From assembly GCF_900113935.1 (NCBI RefSeq), contig NZ_FORF01000003.1, forward strand, positions 91,084 to 115,083: a stretch of DNA of 24,000 bases, in the 5' to 3' direction. The notes under the pieces are model-generated. The model made no database searches, was not told the origin of the DNA, and saw only the letters and a list, made by a program, of their open reading frames with translations. Position numbers and translations under genes: made by a program. This document shows, piece after piece, positions 10,501 to 16,856 of this stretch. Position 1 is the stretch's first letter; every line of letters starts with the position of its first letter. Source of the DNA: Aquamicrobium aerolatum DSM 21857 (GTDB taxonomy: Bacteria > Pseudomonadota > Alphaproteobacteria > Rhizobiales > Rhizobiaceae).

Positions 10501-12767
10501 GCGGGCAGCCGCTCGGTGACGACGACATTTTCGGCGTGGCTCAGTCCCGATCGGGGAACAGAGGCGGTCACCGTGTACAGGATCTCCTGACCGGCAAACG
10601 CACCCGACGCGGAAGCAGGGCTGATCTTGGAAACAGTGACGTCCGTGAGCGGCGTAACCGTATACGAAACCTGATCCTCGTTATTGTCCAGATCCGGATC
10701 CGGGACATCGACGGAATAGGCATTGACCGTATTCGACTTGAGGCCTTGCGATCCCGGACGAACGGTGACCGAGATCGTCGGACAGTCCACACCTTGCACG
10801 CAGACCGGCAGCGAGGCGATGCTGCATTCAAGATTGCGGCCGAAATCGCCTGCCGGGGTCGAACTGCACGTCAGGCCGCGCGCCACCCCCGTCGAGACAA
10901 CCGGGACCACAACGACCGGCTGCCCGCCGCCTGCCGCCCCGACGATGTCGTTCAGGCGGTCGGCGACCTGGACATTCGTCGCCTCGGCGACGCCTTTGTT
11001 GTAGACTTCGATGACAAAAGTGACTTCACCGCCAGCCTGAACCGTCTGCGCCGAGACGCTTTTCACCGTGCCGATATCCGCCCAGTTCTTGTCGTCCGCG
11101 CTCGTCACCCCGGCATGGGTGGTATTGTCCGGCAGATAGTCGTCGATGGACTCATAGTCCGGGAAAGAGACGACCATTCCGTTCGAGATCGTGCCGACCT
11201 GCTGAACTTCAGCCGTGATCGTGATCGGGTCCGTAAAGCTTCCGATCGCAAGGCCGCTGGTCGTGTAGCGGCTCGTCGTGCAGGAGATGCTCGCAGGGCC
11301 TTGAATGGGCCCCGAGGACGGGTTGCAGACCCAGCCGTTGGGCGCGTTCACTTGCGTGACAAGCAGCCCCGCCGGCAACAGGTCCGTAATCGTCATCTCA
11401 TCGGTGAACGGCTTGTTGCCGCGGTTTTCGGCGCGCAGAACGAAGTCGTAGGAGTTTCCGACCGTGACAAGACCGCGAGGCGTTCCGGATTTGTGGGCCT
11501 TCAGATCGACGATCGGCGCACGAATGTCGGCCTTGAGATCCTGTGCCTGGTTGTTGTCGCGTGGAGCATCTGCATTTTCGTCAGGCGATGAGATGTTCGC
11601 CGTGTTGACGACGCCGCTCGCGTCGGTGACGAGGTCGGCGGTCGCGCTGATGGTGATCGGGCTTGCATAGACCGAGCCAGCGGCTTTCGTATATTCGCAG
11701 GTCAGCGTCCGACCAGACAGGTCGCAGCTCCAGCCCGAGCCAGCCGGCACCTGGGTGTCCACAATTCCATAATTGTCCGGAATGACATCCACGATCGTGG
11801 CACGTTCCGGTTCAATGCCGGAAAAGGCAGGCGTCAGCGTGAAGGTGACGGGATCGCCAAGCAGCAACAGGCCGCCAGGCGACCGTGTCTTCTGCAGGCG
11901 GACATCGGTCCCCGGTGTGACGTTCAGCGTGATGGTGTCATTGTCGTTGGCAGAAACCGGATCCTGCGGCGCACCGCCTTCGACCCGGCCGGGAATCGAT
12001 ATGGTGGAAATGTCGCCTGCGGTCACCTGCGCGGACAGGTCGAATTCATAGCTTTCGCCGACCGCCAGGGCTTGCGGGACAACGCAGATGATATTGCCGC
12101 CGGAAAGGGAACAATCTCCAGGAAGCTGCGCAATGGTCATTCCCGACGGCAGCGGGATGACAACTTGCGAACTCGTGGAAGGATAGGGACCGTTATTGGT
12201 GACGGTAGCCTTCAACGGTACACTGGAGCCAGCCTGTACCGTCGTTTGCGCAGCGGAGATCTGCAGTTCGAGATCGGCGCCGACCGTGATTGTCGTTGAG
12301 CGTTCGGCGGTGGTCCCGCTTCCCGGCGCTCCATTCGGGTCGGAAACACGACCTTCCAGCTTGATGACGCAGTTGCCACCGGAGCATTCCCCCTGCATCG
12401 GCGACAGGAGAACTTCCGCGGGCAAATCCTGCCCCGGTGTCAGAACCGGCACATCGCAACTGACCACAAGCGGAGCGGCAAGAACCTGCCCATCCGGCGC
12501 CGGCGTACAATTGTCCAGACCAGACACGCCGCGGTAGATCGTCGTTGCCGGGATGGTAAGATCCAGCTTTCCAGCGACTGTATCGTAGTTGCCGTCATTC
12601 GTGATCCTGAGATCGTACGGCAGTGTGCCGCCGGCAGGGATGATTGCCGCTCCATGACGATTGTTGATGTTCAGCGTCCATTCGCCAACAGACTGAGCCT
12701 GAGCTGCCTGCACGCACAAAAAGGAGGCGAGGGAAACGATCCCAGCCGTCAACGAGATCCGGAACAT
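4593..12767 (-). CDS. Giant (2724 aa) secreted or surface repeat protein with DUF11-type conserved repeat modules and two SdrD-B/Cna-B-like modules; putative adhesin
   Basis: Uninterrupted 8.2-kb ORF. ATG at 12765-12767 with an in-frame TAA 9 codons upstream. Sec signal peptide [26 protein letters not shown]. Repeated signature G[DE]x[IV]xYx[FV]x[IV]xNxGNxxLxxVxxxDxL, typical of the DUF11 / TIGR01451 conserved repeat domain. Ca-binding-like DxNxDG motifs ([32 protein letters not shown]). Confidence 0.9.
   Translation of the reverse strand: [2724 protein letters not shown]
4596..4868 (-). other. C-terminal ~90-aa tail of the giant protein with a degenerate OmpA-C-like beta-alpha-beta-alpha pattern
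   Basis: [91 protein letters not shown]. The F-x-P-x-S-x-E-L ... L-x-x-L ... hydrophobic strand ... LAKKRVKAL layout resembles OmpA/Pal/MotB C-domains. The GHTD loop is missing. Confidence 0.35.
4865..5172 (-). other. SdrD-B-like module 2 of the giant protein
   Basis: [50 protein letters not shown]...[28 protein letters not shown]. Confidence 0.6.
5565..8534 (-). repeat. Eight tandem Cys-free modules of ~124 aa (period 340-410 nt) within the giant protein
   Basis: Each unit starts P[AGSE][IL]x[LIV]xK, carries the Y[ST]FT[IV]xNTGN[IV]xLxN[IV] core, and has a Y.[LI][TS]Q.D[IV]D.G motif. The conserved NTGN cores lie near nt 5850, 6240, 6600, 6970, 7380, 7720, 8060 and 8430. The units are strongly diverged at the DNA level. 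Confidence 0.8.
9205..9419 (-). other. SdrD-B / Cna-B-like module 1 of the giant protein
   Basis: [69 protein letters not shown]. This fits the V-Y/F-x-D-x-N-x-[DN]-G ... G-[IV]-x-G-[AV]-x-V-x-L ... T-x-x-x-G-x-Y-x-F ... L-x-x-G-x-Y pattern of SD-repeat B domains. Confidence 0.7.
9420..12695 (-). other. N-terminal array of eight Cys-pair DUF11-type modules within the giant protein
   Basis: Each module ends with a C-x(6-20)-C pair. Examples: [113 protein letters not shown]. Confidence 0.7.
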
Positions 12768-12951
12768 CTGGCTTAGACTTTCATTTCCAATTTAGGCTCT
12801 GGGAGAATTTGAGCGGCCTTGGCGGCCTGCCCGACCAAACCCGAAAAGACGGTTGATCCAACTGGCAGCGATGCGGAACGAGCGACCGCGAGGGTAGGAA
12901 AAACGAGACGCCAATGTGAGCGCATGGATTTTCCACGCGGAGCTGCCTGCG

Positions 12952-12973
12952 ACCGCGTCATGTCTACCGCGTC
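12952..12973. promoter_or_regulatory. Direct repeat ACCGCGTC-N6-ACCGCGTC in the divergent spacer between the giant gene and luxR; candidate regulator site
   Basis: ACCGCGTC occurs at 12952-12959 and again at 12966-12973. This is the only exact 8-mer duplication I see in the 373-bp spacer. Confidence 0.2.
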
Positions 12974-13140
12974 TGCTAGTGAGTGATCCGGCTCATCTAA
13001 CCAGATCCGGGGTGGCGCGCGGCTGGTGAGGTTGTCAGTTGCACACCCTTGACGTACCAATAACTTGGGGGGTCTTCTGATTCGTTTTGTGAGTGTGGTA
13101 CGATTTTTTTGCGCTTGATCGGTCGGTGGTTGAGATAGGC

Positions 13141-13806
13141 ATGTCAACCAATAGAGATCAGTTGATTTCAGCAATCTCGGACGGAATACTTCGTTTCGGA
13201 TTTCAGTCCTTCAATCTGACCTACAATAAATCCAATACTCATGAATTCATGACTGATCCGACTTTGACGGACTGGTCGAAAAGTGATCTTGAAGGCTATC
13301 ATCGCAACAATCTGATCGATTGCGATCCTTTGCTTGAGCTTCTGGCGGAACGACATGTTCGCAAATTGTGGCGTCCTGCCGATTGGCACGGCAAGCCCAA
13401 GGCGCAAGCCTATCGTGCATATGTCGAGCAGATCGGCGTGCGCAGCGGCGTGACAGTAACGCTTGCTGGGCGCGCGGACCGCATCAGCGCCTTTGCGGCC
13501 CTCTCCAGAGAAAATGTTGAAGATCCGTCCGTTGCGCCGGCCATTGCCGTCCTGGCGCAAGCCGCGCTCGCAAAAGCGGCGGCTCTGGAAATTCCAGGCG
13601 AAGATCTTCCCGCTGCCTGCGCCCGGCAAAGTTCTCTCACCGCCAAGCAACTGGAAATATTGTCGTGGGCACGCGAGGGAAAATCGAACCGCGACATCGC
13701 CACGATCCTGAGTATCTCGACGCGGACGGTGAACTATCACATGTCGGAGATCCTGAAAAAGCTCGGCGTTGCCAGCCGCACGCAGGCCATCACGATGACA
13801 TCATAG
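13141..13806 (+). CDS. LuxR-family transcriptional regulator (solo; autoinducer-binding-like N-domain plus C-terminal HTH), 221 aa
   Basis: The ORF opens at GTG 13093; the ATG at 13141 (MSTNRDQL...) is preferred. The C-terminus LTAKQLEILSWAREGKSNRDIATILSISTRTVNYHMSEILKKLGVASRTQAI is a canonical LuxR/GerE HTH of the quorum-sensing subtype. The N-domain has a partial W...Y...DP signature (DWSKSDLEGYHRNNLIDCDP). No luxI/traI-type synthase lies in the window. Confidence 0.85.
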   Translation: MSTNRDQLISAISDGILRFGFQSFNLTYNKSNTHEFMTDPTLTDWSKSDLEGYHRNNLIDCDPLLELLAERHVRKLWRPADWHGKPKAQAYRAYVEQIGVRSGVTVTLAGRADRISAFAALSRENVEDPSVAPAIAVLAQAALAKAAALEIPGEDLPAACARQSSLTAKQLEILSWAREGKSNRDIATILSISTRTVNYHMSEILKKLGVASRTQAITMTS

Positions 13807-13811
13807 CCGGG

Positions 13812-13833
13812 AACCGGCGGTCCCCGCCCGGTT
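13812..13833. terminator. GC-rich hairpin between convergent luxR and the DUF1223 gene; weak terminator candidate
   Basis: AACCGGCGG / CCGCCCGGTT: a 9-bp stem with one bulge and a 3-nt loop, starting 6 nt after the luxR TAG. No U-tract on either strand. Confidence 0.3.
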
Positions 13834-13902
13834 GAACAACATGCACTCCTTTCGAGCCCTCTGCCGTTGGCGCAGGCCTGCGAAAATCTGGGATCATACA
13901 GT

Positions 13903-14694
13903 TTAGCGGGGAGGCTCGAGGATTGCGGCGCCGAGGATGGCGCCGGGCAGGCCGCCTTCGCGCATTTCCTGCAGCAGCACCGCGCAGCCCCCCGCGCCCT
14001 TGCGGGTGATCTCGCTGAGCGGGATTTCCAGCCGGGTGCGCTCTCCCGACCACATGCCGACCGTGTGGAAGCGCGATACCGAATTGACATAGGTGAACTG
14101 ACGGCCGTTGTCGCGCCCGCGCGTGATCTCGACCCTGGTCGTCGGATTGAAATAGACCAGCACGATCTGCACCTGATCGACGGGATGCGGATAGGCTTCG
14201 GTCTGGATGGTCAGAGCGCCGTCGTCATAGGACAGCCGCACCGGGACGCTGAGGCCGTCTTGCGCATTGTCGAGCTGCGAGATCGAGGCCTCGATGTGAT
14301 TGCGCTTGGCGCCGTTCATCTGCTGGCGGCCATTGATGATCGCCTGCGGGGTATAGACCGAGCGCTCGCCGAAGGCGCGGCTGTAATCCTGCTGGCGCGC
14401 GGTGTTGTCGACCGTGGCCAGCGTGTCGCGCCAGCCCAGATAATCCCAGTAGGTGACGTGATAGGCGAGGGCGACGACATCGTCGCGCTCGGCCATTTCG
14501 CGCAGCATCTCGTCGGCAGGCGGGCAGGAGGTGCAGCCCTGGCTGGTGAACAGCTCGACCACCGCGCGCGGGCGGGTGTGGCTCTCCTTCGCCCCTGCGC
14601 CTGCGGCGGCGGGCAAGGAGACAAGAAATGCAGCCGCGGTCAGGCTCAGACAGGTCAGATGCAACGCTTCATCCCGATCGGTTTTTCGGCCCAT
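13903..14694 (-). CDS. DUF1223-family secreted thioredoxin-like protein
   Basis: ORF 13903..14721 opens with TTG; the first ATG is at 14692-14694 (MGRKTDRDEALHLTCLSLTAAAFLVSLPAAAGAGA, signal-like). Hallmark ELFTSQGCTSCPPADEMLREMAERDDVVALAYHVTYWDYLGWRD. Confidence 0.8.
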   Translation of the reverse strand: MGRKTDRDEALHLTCLSLTAAAFLVSLPAAAGAGAKESHTRPRAVVELFTSQGCTSCPPADEMLREMAERDDVVALAYHVTYWDYLGWRDTLATVDNTARQQDYSRAFGERSVYTPQAIINGRQQMNGAKRNHIEASISQLDNAQDGLSVPVRLSYDDGALTIQTEAYPHPVDQVQIVLVYFNPTTRVEITRGRDNGRQFTYVNSVSRFHTVGMWSGERTRLEIPLSEITRKGAGGCAVLLQEMREGGLPGAILGAAILEPPR

Positions 14695-14743
14695 GAGGCC
14701 CGGTTTGAATTCATGGCGCAAGATTAGGCCTGCGGGGGGCTCG

Positions 14744-14757
14744 ACGTGAAGTCACGT
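14744..14757. promoter_or_regulatory. 14-bp palindrome ACGTGA-AG-TCACGT in the divergent promoter region
   Basis: Perfect 6-bp half-sites at 14744-14749 and 14752-14757, between the DUF1223 gene start and the ceramidase-like gene start. Confidence 0.2.
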
Positions 14758-14805
14758 TGAGGTGAAACTTGGCGTCCTGCAAGGGGCGGGCAAGGGGGAG
14801 TGTCC

Positions 14806-15480
14806 ATGTTCAGCGATCTTCATGCGCAGCTTGATCTTTATTGCGAGCGGACGGGGCCGGAATTCTGGTCCGAGCCGGTCAACGCGCTGACCAATCTGGC
14901 TTTCGTTGCCGCGGGGCTTTGGGGGGTGTCGGTTTCGCGGCGACGTGGAAGGGACGGCTTTGCGCTGCTCCTGTGCTGGTGGGTGGTCGCCATCGGTCTC
15001 GGATCGTTCCTGTTTCACACTTTCGCGACGCGGGCAACGATGTGGGCCGACATCCTGCCGATTGCCGGTTTCACGCTGGCCTATACCTTGTTCAACCTGC
15101 GCCGCTTTCTCGGCTTTGGCTGGCCGAAGGCGCTGGCGATCTTCGCCGCGTTCTATGCCGTGGCAGCCGTGCTGACGCTGCTGGTGCCCGAATGGCTGCG
15201 TGAAGCTTCAAACGGCACTACCGGCTATTTGCCGCCGTTTCTGGCGCTCTTGTTCTTCGGCGCGTGGCTGGTGCGGGTGGGACACCCTGCCGGCTGGTAC
15301 AATCTCGGCGCGGTGGCGATCTTCGTCGTGTCGGTGACGTTTCGTGCGCTCGACCCGGTGGCCTGCGAGGCGATGCCGCTCGGCACGCATTTCCTCTGGC
15401 ACAGCTTCAACGGCCTGATGCTGGGCGTGGTGCTCGCCGCTGTGGTCAATCATGGCCGCAGCAAGATTGCGCAACGCTAG
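14806..15480 (+). CDS. Polytopic membrane protein, ceramidase-like family (224 aa)
   Basis: The ORF opens at GTG 14800. The ATG at 14806 is preceded by GGGGAG 6 nt upstream. The N-terminal YCERTGPEFWSEPVNALTNLAF, followed by about 6-7 hydrophobic helices, resembles the bacterial ceramidase-domain family. The family name is from memory. Confidence 0.7.
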   Translation: MFSDLHAQLDLYCERTGPEFWSEPVNALTNLAFVAAGLWGVSVSRRRGRDGFALLLCWWVVAIGLGSFLFHTFATRATMWADILPIAGFTLAYTLFNLRRFLGFGWPKALAIFAAFYAVAAVLTLLVPEWLREASNGTTGYLPPFLALLFFGAWLVRVGHPAGWYNLGAVAIFVVSVTFRALDPVACEAMPLGTHFLWHSFNGLMLGVVLAAVVNHGRSKIAQR

Positions 15481-15486
15481 ATGTGA

Positions 15487-15514
15487 AGAGACCCGGCATT
15501 GCTGCCGGGCCTCT
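15487..15514. terminator. Hairpin between convergent gene ends (ceramidase-like gene and amtB)
   Basis: AGAGACCCGGCA / TGCCGGGCCTCT: a 12-bp stem with one mismatch and loop TTGC. No clear U-tract. Confidence 0.45.
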
Positions 15515-15533
15515 CCTGCGGTTCCCCTCCGCA

Positions 15534-16856
15534 TTATGGGTGATAGGCGACTTCGCCATGGCTCGACAGGTCGAGGCCGACAGCTTCGTCCTCGGCGCTG
15601 GGGCGTAGGCCGATGAGGAGATCGACGAGCTTGTAGAGGAGCGCTGAGACGACACCGCACCACAGGACCGTGACGGCGACGGCGGCGAACTGCGTCCAGA
15701 GCTGCGCGACCATGGTGACACCTTCCTCGTAGCCGACGCCGCCGAGCGAGGGGGCTGCAAGGATGCCGGTGCCAAGCGCGCCGATGATGCCGGCAATGCC
15801 GTGGATGCCGAAGACGTCGAGCGAGTCGTCGTAGCCGAGCCTGTGCTTGACGACAGCGACGAAGTAGTAGGCGACCGCGCTGGCAAGCGCGCCGAGCACC
15901 ATCGCGCCGACCGGGCCGACAAAGCCGGCTGCCGGGGTGACGGCGACCAGACCGGCGATGACACCGGAGGCGCCGCCGAGCAGCGAGGCCTTGCCACGCA
16001 TTGTCTTTTCAACCAGCGACCAGGCGATGATGGCACCGGCGGTGGCGGTAAAAGTGTTGATCATCGCAAGCGCCGCGCTGCCGCCTGCCGAAAGCGCCGA
16101 GCCGGCGTTGAAGCCGAACCAGCCGACCCACAGGATGGCCGCACCGATGAGCGTCAGAGGCAGGCTGTGCGGGGCCATGTTGTCACGACCAAGACCGCTG
16201 CGCTTGCCGATGATCAACGCGCCGACGAGGGCAGCGATGCCGGCATTGATGTGCACCACGGTGCCGCCGGCAAAGTCCATCGCGCCCCAGCCGAAGAACA
16301 GGCCGTTGGCGTCCCATGCCATGTGGGCGACGGGGAAGTAGACGAGGCTGACCCAGAGGACGACGAACAGGATCACCGCGCCGAACCTGACCCGCTCGGC
16401 AAAGCCGCCGACGATCAGCGCCGGGGTGATGCAGGCAAAGGTCATCTGGAAGCAGATGAAGACGAGTTCGGGGATTGTGCCGGATTCGGATGCAGGGGTG
16501 ACGCCGGCAAGGAAGAGCTTGCCGAAGCCGCCGAAATAGGCGCTGTCGCTGCCGCCGAAGGCGAAGGAATAGCCCCACAGTACCCAGACGACGATGACCA
16601 CCGCAGTGATCATCGTCGTCTGCATCAGCACCGACAGGATGTTCTTGGCGCGCACGAGGCCGCCATAGAACAGCGCCAGGCCGGGCAGGATCATGAACAG
16701 GACGAGGATGGTCGACATCAGCATCCATGCGGTGTCGCCGCTGTCGATGCCGGATGTGGCGGCGGCGGCTTCTTCCTGCGCCCATGCGGGCGCGGCGGCG
16801 ATGGTCAAAGCTGCGAATGCCGCGCCTGCCATCGATACAAGGTGTGAACCCTTCAT
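15534..16856 (-). CDS. amtB: Ammonium transporter AmtB
   Basis: 440 aa with a signal peptide (MKGSHLVSMAGAAFAALTIAAAPAWA). Conserved MDFAGGTVVHINAGIAALVGALIIGKR and DVFGIHGIAGIIGALGTGI segments (twin-His pore). It starts 33 nt downstream of glnK. Confidence 0.95.
   Translation of the reverse strand: MKGSHLVSMAGAAFAALTIAAAPAWAQEEAAAATSGIDSGDTAWMLMSTILVLFMILPGLALFYGGLVRAKNILSVLMQTTMITAVVIVVWVLWGYSFAFGGSDSAYFGGFGKLFLAGVTPASESGTIPELVFICFQMTFACITPALIVGGFAERVRFGAVILFVVLWVSLVYFPVAHMAWDANGLFFGWGAMDFAGGTVVHINAGIAALVGALIIGKRSGLGRDNMAPHSLPLTLIGAAILWVGWFGFNAGSALSAGGSAALAMINTFTATAGAIIAWSLVEKTMRGKASLLGGASGVIAGLVAVTPAAGFVGPVGAMVLGALASAVAYYFVAVVKHRLGYDDSLDVFGIHGIAGIIGALGTGILAAPSLGGVGYEEGVTMVAQLWTQFAAVAVTVLWCGVVSALLYKLVDLLIGLRPSAEDEAVGLDLSSHGEVAYHP

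Noticed and set aside
4593-12767. Classification of the giant protein as an RTX/T1SS adhesin, a TpsA (two-partner secretion) exoprotein or an autotransporter.
   Set aside because: It has a cleavable N-terminal Sec signal, no GGxGxD nonapeptide repeats, no NPNL/NPNG TPS domain and no C-terminal barrel. No T1SS ABC/MFP/TolC genes are in the window.
12768-13140. c-di-GMP (GEMM-type) riboswitch in the 5' leader of the giant adhesin gene.
   Set aside because: I reverse-complemented the spacer and found none of the conserved GEMM-I elements (GGCAAACC / GGGACGCAAAGCC). Only generic hairpins are present. An Infernal scan would be the decisive test.
12773-13174. 133-aa ORF (-) filling the spacer between the giant gene and luxR.
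   Set aside because: It overlaps the luxR start, has no motifs and no SD, and has atypical composition. It is more plausibly a promoter/UTR region.
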